In this document: piece by piece, positions 1-9,848 of the stretch | Numbering within the stretch: position 1 is the first letter of the stretch | How the letters are laid out: each line of letters opens with the position of its first letter | Source: Utricularia gibba | Taxonomy: Eukaryota; Plantae; Magnoliophyta | Direction: 5' to 3' | Assembly (NCBI GenBank): GCA_002189035.1 | Contig: CM007989.1 | Span: 7,750,001-7,814,000, forward strand | DNA: 64,000 bases | Position numbers and translations under genes: made by a program | The notes under the pieces: generated by a model | Databases searched by the model: none | What the model saw: only the letters and a program-made list of their open reading frames with translations | Told to the model about the DNA's origin: nothing

Positions 1-73
1 GTATACGGAGATTCCATTACCTAACGAAATCTCTTCCCAGAGTTGCGTCATCGCGTCTTCTTCGTCGGGCTCG

Positions 74-1138
74 ATGAGCGGCTTCTTCCCAGACGAAGTG
101 ATATTGGGGATTTTGGCGCGATTGCCGATCAAATCCCTGATTAGGGCAAAATGCGTGTGCAGGGTTTGGCGTCAGCTGATATCCGACGGATATTTCACCA
201 GTTTGTATAACGAGATGTCCGTCCGGAATCCCATGGTGCTGCTGGAGATCTCGGAGCCCTACCTGGAATCAAAACCCAACCTGATTCTCATCGACACTTC
301 CAGGGGCGCCTCCGAACTTTCCCTGGATTTCATCAAGGACAGGGTCAAGGTTAGAGCCTCTTGCAATGGCTTACTCTGCTGCTCAAGCATCCCTGATAGA
401 GGCGTTTACTACGTCTGCAATCCCATCACCAAGGAGTACAGATTGCTTCCAAGAACTCGGGAGAGGCCCATCACCAGATTCTATCCCGACGGGGAGCCTA
501 CGCTTGTGGCCTTGGCCTGCAACTTGGCTTCGATGGAGTACAAGGCTGTGCTTGCTGGGTACCATCGGTCTTTCGGGCGGAGGCCGGAGAGGGACTTCAT
601 GTGCTTGGTGTTCCATTCGGAGTCGAACAAATGGAGGAGGTTTGTGACAGAGCAGGATGATCATTTCAGTCATATGAACAGGAACCAGGTTGTGTTTGTC
701 AGGGGGGCTCTGCATTGGCTCACTGCAAGTTACTCCTTTGTTCTTGTCCTTGATTTGGACTGCGAGGCTTGGAGAAAGATCCCCCTGCCTGAAGAGATTG
801 TCACCTCCGGGAGCCGGATTTACTTGCTGGAATGGGAGGGACGATTGTCCGTGATCCAGATTTCAGATCCTTGGATGAGTGTCTGGGTGATGGAGGACTA
901 TGAGAAGGAAGAGTGGCAGAGGGTGGATAGAGTGAGCCTCCGGTGCATCAGAGGATTAGTTCCGGGCGTCTTTCCGATCAGCCAGACGCAGGAGTTTGTC
1001 TTCCTTGCTTCACATAGGCAGGTATTGGTGTACCAGAGAAGAACCAATGTTTGGAGGGAGGTGTATTCAGTGAGTGCCACCCTGCCCTTGTGGTCTTCTG
1101 CTTATGCTTTCAGGAGCACACTTGTTTCTTCCCTGTAA
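74..1138 (+). CDS. Single-exon F-box protein with F-box-associated domain (At5g49610-like)
   Basis: 354-aa ORF. N-terminal F-box (FPDEVILGILARLPIKSL..CVCRVW) followed by the FBA signatures SCNGLLCC, YYVCNP and GALHW. Confidence 0.93.
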   Translation: MSGFFPDEVILGILARLPIKSLIRAKCVCRVWRQLISDGYFTSLYNEMSVRNPMVLLEISEPYLESKPNLILIDTSRGASELSLDFIKDRVKVRASCNGLLCCSSIPDRGVYYVCNPITKEYRLLPRTRERPITRFYPDGEPTLVALACNLASMEYKAVLAGYHRSFGRRPERDFMCLVFHSESNKWRRFVTEQDDHFSHMNRNQVVFVRGALHWLTASYSFVLVLDLDCEAWRKIPLPEEIVTSGSRIYLLEWEGRLSVIQISDPWMSVWVMEDYEKEEWQRVDRVSLRCIRGLVPGVFPISQTQEFVFLASHRQVLVYQRRTNVWREVYSVSATLPLWSSAYAFRSTLVSSL

Positions 1139-1505
1139 GCATGTTGCGGGATGCTGGATAGTTTCTACTAATCTCAGTGATATGATTCAAGTGTTTCCCT
1201 TGCTGTAGATAGTATGGAAGCTGTTGTTCTGGTCATTCAATTGTCTTTGTTGTGTTTCCAGAAAAAAACATCACTTGAATCGATTCCGTCCGCAATTGCG
1301 GCAACCATTAGAATCTGGGGGAACCTTGCACAATATCCATAGGAGCATAACATCAAAACTACCAAACAGAAAATGCTTCAAAGATAAAATAGGGACACCT
1401 GATCTGGCCATTTCATTTGGAGCCTACAAACAATATTTGAAAGGGTAAACCTCCATCCAGAGGGCTGGGGATATTTGAGAAGTGCATTCAGCTCCATCAC
1501 AAATC

Positions 1506-2811
1506 TCATGAATCTGAGGCAGAGGGTGAACTGCTTTCCCGGAGGAGTCGACGCTGGTGTACGTCCCAGTTATAGACCCGCGCAATGGTGACCTATCCAC
1601 ACATGATCGCCAATGGTAAACCACAAATTGCCCTCATTTCTTTGAGCAGTAATGTCTTCTTAGATTAGATATGTGAGCTACTGTTTGAACTTCACCTCTG
1701 ATAGAAAAATTTGCTGAAAAGAACAAGGCTCTAGAATCCCCATGAATTACCTGCGTTACAGTCACTTGATCTCTAAGAAATTGTAGATCAGCAATAAGAA
1801 CTTGCAGGCTAGCTTTTGCATTCTCTAAATTCTTCTTTAGAAGGTCAATCGCCTGCACGATCAAGGTCAATGCACCCCAATTTGTAAGGCCTCAGAGAAG
1901 GCAGGCAAGTTACCTCGTCACATGAATATTCCAGCATCACATTCGCTCCAAGCCAGAGACACACAGAATCAGTATCTTCTACACGAGCACGAGAGTAAAT
2001 GCCTTCAGATATTTCAAAGTCGGCTATTAATGCCTGCAAAAATAATCAGCGCCAAAACCATAAACAACCGGGTGCAAAAGATTCAACTAAAAAATGCCTT
2101 AGAAACGTTATGAAGGCAGGCAAAGGAAATACAATGGTAGAAACAGACCTCCCCACTACTCTTCTTAGCTTGCAAAGTCGCAACAATGTCCAAGCATTTC
2201 TCCGTGTCGGGAATTTTCGCCTGGAAAAATGGCAACTCAATCTCCATCTAGTGCACCATGATCAATGTAGCGCAAATGAAATACCTGAAGATCTCTTTGC
2301 TGTGCAAGAAGCTTCATCTCCACGACTCTATACTGCTGAAGCCTTCATACGTTTGTAGAAAAAAGAAATCAGAAGCAGAACCAATTTTTTTTTTTGAATT
2401 AAAAGCAGAATGGAGCCATAAAATGGCTACATTCCACAAGTTACAGAAAACGGGGAAAAAGCCAACTATCAGCAACTACTCCACCGCGCAAAATAGTCAA
2501 CGATTCAACAAACTCTATTGGAAGATCCAGAAACAACCAACCGCAAGAATCGAAAGACGGATACAGATTTCGGTCACGAGATCCAACGGAAAATGAACAA
2601 AGCGGAAAAACTAAAAAAAAGTCAAAAGAGTGAAAAGCATAAGCAGGATTCAAGGTAGATGCAAAACTTCGCAATCGGCATACCTCTCTTGCAGAACCCC
2701 GAGGGCAGAGTTGACATCGAGATTCGACTGCGTAAGGTAAGCTTGGACGTCTTCCACAAACTCCGCAGCCGGAATCCCTCTCCGTTCCGTTGGGCTCGTT
2801 GAAGTCGACAT
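1506..2811 (-). CDS. PFD3: Prefoldin subunit 3 (VBP1 homologue), 6 exons, 188 aa
   Basis: Exons 2811-2684, 2342-2285, 2220-2149, 2033-1914, 1852-1751 and 1592-1506. All introns are GT-AG and phase-consistent. Motifs [26 protein letters not shown] and [11 protein letters not shown]. Confidence 0.96.
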
Positions 2812-4379
2812 TCCGATATACCTAGAAGCTCTCCAGGACAATCTCCCTAAGCCACCGCACTTGAGATTCAGACGAGGTTTCGCTTCCTTCCCTCCCAAGA
2901 GTATCGCAAGCTTCTGCTAGAAACAGAATCGGGCCAGGCCACCTTCCAGGCCGAATTTAACCGGCCCAGTTCACCTAAAATGATACTGGGCGTCTTTGTT
3001 TCACCCGAAATTGCAAAGTTACCCACAAAAGTTGGGAAACTACAGAAATGCCCACAATGTGTTGATATTGTGGAATGTGTTTGATATATGATATTAAATG
3101 TAAAATATCAATAAATATATCAAAATCTCACGTTTTCTATTATCATGATTAATAATAATATAAATAATTTAATTTAATTTAATTTTTAAACTATAATTTT
3201 AATATAAATATATTAATTAATAATATAAATTATAATTCAAAAATCATATAATATTTTTATCATACAAATGACATATAAACATACTTTTCAAAATTTATAA
3301 ATTTATAAAATATAATTATTAATAAATATGGATAAATATGTTAATTATTATTAAAATGAATTCTCATCTTTTACACCCCAAAAATGAATTTAATATTTTT
3401 TAAAAATAATTTCAAACATTTATCAATTCTCATTCAATTCAAATTTTCAATTCTGTTAAAATCAGATATGTAGTGATTTTTCAATATAAATACAGTTCAC
3501 TTTTCCATATTCTACAACAGTTGATATTTTCATCTTCAATTTCTTATTTTTATTTAAAATAAAAAAAATTGTAAATTTAAAATTACATTGTTATACAAGC
3601 GAAATATTTCAGATCCTAACTATAAAAAATATCTCATCTCGCACATGATAAACTATAAGGGGGCCAAAGACAGAAATCCCAATAGTGGATGGATTGATGT
3701 ACATGATAAGGACCAACCCAACATTTATCGATTGTTAAGAGAAAGAAAAATCCAACAGATTTGTACGTATTATTCATTATGGAGGGGGAGGAAGGGAAAG
3801 GTGGCCGGTGGGACTCCCCGGGGGCTGTACTCTCTGCTGTTCTTGTGAAATTTCATGTGCGGTGTTGTGTGATGAGCACACAGCTGAATGTGCGGATTGA
3901 AAGGGAGAAAGCAGAAACACACACACACAGCAAAATGTGCATCATGTGCCCGACTTTTGTAGCCCCCCAGACACGTGAAACTGTGGTCCTTGACTGAATC
4001 CCACGCACTCACCTGACTCCCACTTTGAATGCATGGAATGGCAAGTGGCGCATCTGTCAAGGACCTTGGGAATGAGTGAAGGAATTCAAAAGAAAGCAAA
4101 GAGGGGATGAGAGCATCAAACTTGGTGTTTTTTTGGAGACCTCTAGAAGAGGAACTTCTTCGGAGACACCAGCTTCAGTTGATCCCTATTGCTACAACAT
4201 ATCATGGGTGGGAGGTGCAGAGATAATGTAGTAACCATTTCACTTTTTCCAAACACTGAAGTCTCCATCTTTTTCAACTTCATCGTTTGCAGGCACAAAT
4301 TGCAGAGATAGGGAGGAGGATAATGAAAGATGAAATCTAATTCATAAATTTACCGAGGAGAATCATGGGGACTTTGAGA

Positions 4380-5200
4380 TCACGGGTTTGAATCTGGATG
4401 AAAGAGGGCATCTCTGGAAGCCATTGTAGGGCCGGGTGAAGAGGAAGATCCAGTTGTTGAAAGCAGCTGCACTAACGCACTCATGGCCCGAACCTACGCG
4501 AAATTTCAGCAGTCATCATAAATGTAGGATGATAAAAGGGGCATGATGAATGGAGAATATACAAATGATGATTCCTTTTTATGCGTGTGAAGTACATCAT
4601 GAGAGTATAATATACCTGCATTTCCAGAGCCGGTATATAATCCATAGTTTCTTCCAGGGTCACGTGAAAAGGCTGTTTCCGGCAACCGGGTATCAACCTG
4701 CTCAGGAGCCTGGCTCTCCGCTGGAAGGCCGGTAGATCCTTTGGTTTCAGGCAGGGGACAGTAGCCTTGGATTTTTTGGTTAACCGGCTGTTCCCGGTGA
4801 CCACAGCCCTCGTCAGTTTCCGCTGTTGTGTCACCACGCTATTTTTCTTCAACAACTTCGGCTTCACACTGCTGGCGAAAATAGCCCTGCTCCACCGCGA
4901 GCGGCCTTTCGCCGTCGCCGCCAATGCTCTGTTTGCGGCGTCGCGCACGCGCTTCGGAAGATACGTAGGTTGTTTCCCTGACGCAACCCCTCTCATCCTC
5001 AGATGCCGCAGCGCTTGCGACAGTTTAGATGAATAAATTTGCAGCTGAGCATGCGAATTCCACTGAATCGAAGATTTGTCGTGGAGAAATTCCGGCTGAT
5101 TTCCAGTTTTCTTATCGATCACACTCTTCCTCCTCCGTCCGGCCGATGATGAAGCTTCGGAGTTCACCAATTGATTTGGCGACAACAGCGACAACGTCAT
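4380..5200 (-). CDS. Atypical non-DNA-binding bHLH, AIF / bHLH147-150 type, 2 exons
   Basis: Exon 5200-4616 plus exon 4493-4380. Motifs QIYSSKL, VRDAANRALAATAKGRSRWSRAI and LLSRLIPGCRK..LEETMDYIPALEMQ|VRAMSAL, where splicing restores the conserved end of helix 2. Confidence 0.9.
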
Positions 5201-6381
5201 ATTGAAACACGAATCGATGGAATAGGATCTGAACCAAATCAAGAAACCAATTGACTAGATCCAGACAGAAACGAAGCAAAACCACAGCCTAAAACTACTC
5301 GATCGGCATTCCAAATCATATTCAAGATCCACACACCTCGAACGAAAACAAAAAAAAAACACGAAGCTCAACGAAGAACGCAACCACTCCAACCACACCA
5401 CGGATTCAAATCAAATCCTCAAAATCGATCATCACCTGAAAACGCAGAGCAGAATCCCCACCGTCGCCTCAAAACGCTCCACTCCGCATCCACGCTCCCA
5501 CAGAAAAACGGTGCGGATTCAAGTTGGTGCCCAAAGCGTGAAAGGCGAGGGGGCCTTTAAAAGGAGATGGTGGATCAGCAGGCGAAACCGCGAAACGCAA
5601 GTCACATGAGCGGTCTGATGACCATGCGGGTCTGCTAAATTTTTCAATTATTATTATTACTCGCAATTTCCCGATATATTCCACTAATCATGTCATTAGC
5701 TGAACTTAATCACGCAGGATTACTTCGGAATAATATTTAATTTTAATGCATTATTTGCCAAGCTGTTGCCCTTTGGGCCACGTGCCATGTGGTGGATATG
5801 GCCCAAAAGCATCACACGTCCCATTCTCATGTGCGTTTCGGGTATCCGCTGCTCCCTTGTCTTGTCAACCTTTTCCCAAGTCGAGTCATTGTTATTTATT
5901 GCAGTAATTATGTTTATAAATTGGTGTTATTGGCATTATTTGTCCCCTGTCCTATCCATGAGTGACACGTGGATGAAAAAGACAGATGGACTTGATAAGC
6001 TATATTTGAACTATGTTTACATAAATAGGAGTATGTAATAATTATTGAAATTGTGTTTTTTATATAAATTTTGAAAATATTACAAGGTTGAGGAATATTT
6101 TAATGTTTTTTAGTGATTTTATTTAATATTAAATAAACTTGATAATTCAAAAGAATAATAAAAAATTGGAAGATGATGACATGCATATCTAGAGAAATAT
6201 ATATTTAAAATATTATTGTATTTTATATATATGTTTAAAATAGTTGAACAAAAACTATTTTTACAAAAATAAAAATTGATTTTTTTCTTTTTAAAAATAA
6301 AAATATTTTTAAATCATTTGTATTTAATAATAAATTGTTTTTAAAATATATATTATGAGTAATTTGGTTCTACGACCATTC

Positions 6382-6465
6382 GGCCCAATCAAATAACCGC
6401 TTTTCAAAGCCCAGCCTAGTTGTATGGCGTACTTATTGGTCCGGCCCACGCATCTCAAACCCTAA
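6382..6465 (+). promoter_or_regulatory. Site II / telo-box promoter upstream of the snoRNA cluster
   Basis: GGCCCA at 6382 and 6443, AGCCCA at 6408, and telo-box AAACCCTAA at 6457-6465. This combination is typical of ribosome-biogenesis and snoRNA promoters. No protein gene follows on this strand. Confidence 0.7.
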
Positions 6466-6565
6466 AACTCAAATTCAACCACAGTTTGCGGGCACTTGAA
6501 CCATTTCTCTTGTCGTCCACCGCACTTCGCAAAACTTCGGGTTTTCTGTTGTCTAGATTTGCTAG

Positions 6566-6704
6566 CTGCCTCTCCGTCGATTCGGCACGTACGTTGCCTC
6601 CATCGTTCGTGCTTGAGATTGAGGCAGGGAGATTTACGCGGGACAGTTGAGTCGCTCCGCCTGCGTTGTGAAACGGCGAAGTGAATAATGCGCCTGCTAT
6701 AAAC
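6566..6704 (+). ncRNA. Candidate box H/ACA snoRNA (possible guide for 18S pseudouridine equivalent to yeast Psi1187)
   Basis: About 140 nt folding into two hairpins. Hairpin 1 is CTGCCTC/GAGGCAG with inner GCACG/CGTGC. Hairpin 2 is GCGGG/CCTGC with upper stem TCGCTCCGCC/GGCGAAGTGA. A 3' ATA box variant lies at 6699. The left pocket strand GTTGAGT pairs with 18S ACUCAAC. The H box is imperfect (AGATTTA). Confidence 0.45.
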
Positions 6705-6732
6705 CTGATCTAATTCTTTGTCCTTTTTTTTT

Positions 6733-6811
6733 CTCCCGATGATGGCATGGAATCTTTGAGACCTGATTGTGTATCGTTTGATGACAGCTATAAGCGATTT
6801 TGCTGAGGGAG
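6733..6811 (+). ncRNA. snoR66: Box C/D snoRNA guiding 18S Cm38 (snoR66 family)
   Basis: Terminal stem CTCCC/GGGAG, C box ATGATGG (6739), D' CTGA (6763), C' TGATGA and D CTGA (6803). Guide AATCTTTGAGAC is the exact complement of 18S GUCUCAAAGAUU, and the D+5 rule gives C38. Confidence 0.9.
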
Positions 6812-6866
6812 TTTGAATTAAAATATCTGATTTTTGAGAACTTCCTCTTTTCTGTGTTCCTTTGGT

Positions 6867-6950
6867 AGAAGTGATGATTGCACTGGGCTCTGAGCAGTTC
6901 CTACTGCACATTTTGATGCACAACGCAGCCTAGAAAGCTTAATCTGATCT
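6867..6950 (+). ncRNA. Box C/D snoRNA, snoR118 / yeast snR76 / SNORD88-like, guiding a 25S Cm in GCCCAGUGC
   Basis: C box GTGATGA (6871), D' CTGA (6890), D CTGA (6944) and short AGA/TCT terminal stem. Guide GCACTGGGC is complementary to 25S GCCCAGUGC, and D+5 gives the third C. Family name is from recall. Confidence 0.8.
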
Positions 6951-7388
6951 CTTTTGTTTTTTCGTGTTCTCTGGAATCTGCTTCTGATCTTTCAAGTACC
7001 CTTGCAATCAGAAAAGGTTTTTTGCTAGCAAATGATGAAGACTCAAGTTAATGTTTTGCCCGGATAGAACGGGTCAACAAACTGGAGTTTAGAAGAGCAA
7101 AATAGACTAGAAAACCAGACACCAGGATGCCTCTGTATATGTGGTCTTGAGATGATCGTGCTGCGGTTTTCATTATGGGAATTCTGTAACCTCGCCATGT
7201 TCATCATCATTTCACAGGGCTTATTACGACAAGCCTCGATGTGAAGGAATTCAACATACAATGGCGAATTGACATCAACATAGAAACTGTTCTTTTCATG
7301 TCACATGGCAATCAGAAAAGCATCTTCTTTATACTTATCCCCCATGCTTATTGAACCAAAGAGGTGCCAGAGAGGTGTAGAGCAGGAG

Positions 7389-8468
7389 TCACAGTTTCGA
7401 TGGAGTATTCTTCGAGCTTCGACGTGCTATAAACTCTTGCATTTTCTTGAACTGGTCCTTGGTCATTCCATTGTAATATTCATGAGCTCTTTTCTGCAAG
7501 ATAAAGCCTTTAGAAGCTCAATCCACTTCCACACCTGATATGATCAAGCTAGCTGTGGGTTACCTTCTCAAGGGCAAGGGCAGTGCCCAGATCCAGTTTA
7601 AGTCCATCGTTCAAGATGGCTTTGTACCGCACCACCAAATCCTGGTTGTTCTTGATTATGGCGTCTGCGATTTCCCGAGCTTTCCTAACAACCCCGCCTT
7701 CCTGCTCAACGACATGGTTGACCAAGCCCCATCTCTCAGCTTGTTCCGCCGTGATTGGTGCCGCCGTCAGAGACGCTTCACGAGCACGGCCTGGCCCGAT
7801 TATTCGTTGGAGCTTCTGGGAAAGTCCCCACGATGGAAATATCCCAAATCTGCAAAATGCTTGCTTATGATGGAGATATCCATAAGGCGAGGACGATAAA
7901 GTGAATCAGGACAGTAAACTGAATCTGCGTCGCCTCGATGGAGATATCCATAAGGCGAGGACGATAAAGTGAATCAGGACAGTAAGCTGAATCTGCGTCG
8001 CCTCTGAAGGTGGATGAAACAGAAAAACCAGGTGAGTTTTCAAGAACCGTACTTGGAATGAGTGTCCATGAACTTGGCATCCTTTGAGGCAACCAGAATG
8101 TCACAAGCCAACGCAATCTCGAATCCGGCGGTGACAGCGAATCCGTTTATGGCTCCGATTATAGGCTTCTTACACCGCTCCATTTGAACAACCGGATCGG
8201 CTTCCACATCCTTGACGTCGCCCTTGAACACGTCTTCCGCCGCCGTCAAGTCGACGCCCGAGCAGAACGCTCGTCCCGATCCTGTGAGAATTATAACCCT
8301 AACAGATTCATCCGCCGCCAGGACCTTGATCTCCTGACCCAAATCCGCCATCATCGACCTCGTCAAGGAGTTGAGCGACCCCGGCCGGTTTATAACCACG
8401 TAAGCTACACCCCCGCCGTCCCGGTGAACGAAGATGAGTTTCTCCGGCGGTGGTCTAGGAATTTCCAT
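7389..8468 (-). CDS. Peroxisomal enoyl-CoA hydratase (ECHIA-like, crotonase family), 3 exons
   Basis: Exons 8468-8053, 7849-7564 and 7493-7389. Motifs FCSGVDL, GAINGFAVTAGFEIALACD and FGIFPSWGLSQKL. C-terminal PTS1 -SKL. Confidence 0.95.
7869..8004. repeat. Tandem duplication, 2 x 68 bp, in intron 1 of the enoyl-CoA hydratase gene
   Basis: Copies 7869-7936 and 7937-8004 are identical except for one A/G difference (AGTAAACTGA vs AGTAAGCTGA). Confidence 0.97.
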
Positions 8469-8894
8469 TTCTGAACCTCCCTCCAAACCCAAGAAACACG
8501 CCTACGACTAAGAAACGTTTCGCAGAAGTGCGTGCCTCAAAATCTTATCGGCAGACCAATTGCACACGTTTTATATGATCATAAAAATCAATTTTGAACT
8601 GAACTGTTCGTTTTTTCAATTTTTCTTTGTATTCTACTTATAAAAAACAATTATAATGATATTAAAACATGATTTGTTTTTTGTAAATATAAAATTTAAA
8701 TTTCGAAAAAAAATCGAATTTTCTTAAAAATAAAAGAAATATTTTATTTTGGAAAAAAATTCCAAATTATTGCTAAAATAAGCAAATCTTTCCTTTGGTA
8801 AACCTTGTTTCATTCATAGCTTCAAAGCATGGCCAACTATTCCCTTCATTTTAAGCTCCTCTCCAATTCTCCTCGCCAACACACAGAAACAAAC

Positions 8895-9533
8895 ATGGCT
8901 TCATCTCCTCCCAATCTCATCACCCTTCTTCTCTTCCTCTCCTTGTCCACACTCCGTTTCACGGCATCGGATCTCTCTCCGAACTCCGCCCCTTCACCGT
9001 CTCCGTCATCGACGCCGTCTCCAACCCCTGAATCTAATGAAAACTTCGACATTGCATTGCCTGTTGATCCATCCATTGTCATCGATCCACAACTATCTCA
9101 AATATGTGACTCCACTGATTATCCAGCTCTCTGTCTCGCCTCCACGGCTCCCTTTCTCAAGGGCAAAGTTAACGTGGATTCAGTTCTTGAAGTATCCATG
9201 GAAACCGGTGAGAAGCTATCGGAATCAGCGCTGTCGAAGGTGCAAAAAATGGCCACTGATGCAGGGGCATCCCCTGAACTGTCCACAATCCTCAAAGACT
9301 GCGAGGATAGTTATGATGCTACTCTGTACAACTACCAAACTGCGCTCAGCGCATTCCCACAACGTGATATTGGGACCATCAACGCAATGCTGAGTGCAGT
9401 GATAACGGACCTTGCTGACTGCGATGATGCGTTCAAACGGTACGGGGAGAAGTTCCCTCTTTCGGGTATTGCTGAGAAGCTGGCGAATATAACTAGCAAT
9501 TGTCTTGCTACGGTCTCGCTCTTGAAGCTGTGA
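8895..9533 (+). CDS. Secreted pectin methylesterase/invertase inhibitor (PMEI)-domain protein
   Basis: Signal peptide after MASSPPNL, a Ser/Pro linker, then ICDSTDYPALC, LKDCEDSYD and LSAVITDLADCDDAF with four conserved Cys. An upstream in-frame ATG at 8829 is also possible. Confidence 0.9.
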   Translation: MASSPPNLITLLLFLSLSTLRFTASDLSPNSAPSPSPSSTPSPTPESNENFDIALPVDPSIVIDPQLSQICDSTDYPALCLASTAPFLKGKVNVDSVLEVSMETGEKLSESALSKVQKMATDAGASPELSTILKDCEDSYDATLYNYQTALSAFPQRDIGTINAMLSAVITDLADCDDAFKRYGEKFPLSGIAEKLANITSNCLATVSLLKL

Positions 9534-9848
9534 ATGAAACAGGGTTTACCATTGTGCTTACTGGAAAGTAGAGCAGGATACTTGAATTGGAACCATGGCT
9601 GTGATCCAATAAGGAAGACAATCAAGCACACAGTGAAGTATCACAAAAGAACAATGGGAAGAAACACATACGCCAAGGATAAGATACTACATCAAACAGA
9701 AAGCCAAACCTACAACAAAATGAGATGGGGGATCCTCGATGCTCCATCATTAATGATGGTGGACTGGTCCTTGCAAGAGGCTCGTCCAGATTCTGTTTGA
9801 TGATAGAACAGAAGAAGAAAGGTCATTAGTTGGCCTCAATAAAACTTG

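Noticed and set aside
7032-7090. Possible further C/D snoRNA starting at ATGATGA (7032)
   Set aside because: No CTGA D box follows within a plausible distance and I found no rRNA-complementary guide.
7867-7922. The 68-bp repeat unit read as a snoRNA (ATGATGG...CTGA)
   Set aside because: It is only ~56 nt, antisense to the host intron, lacks a terminal stem and guide, and copy 2 lacks the C box.
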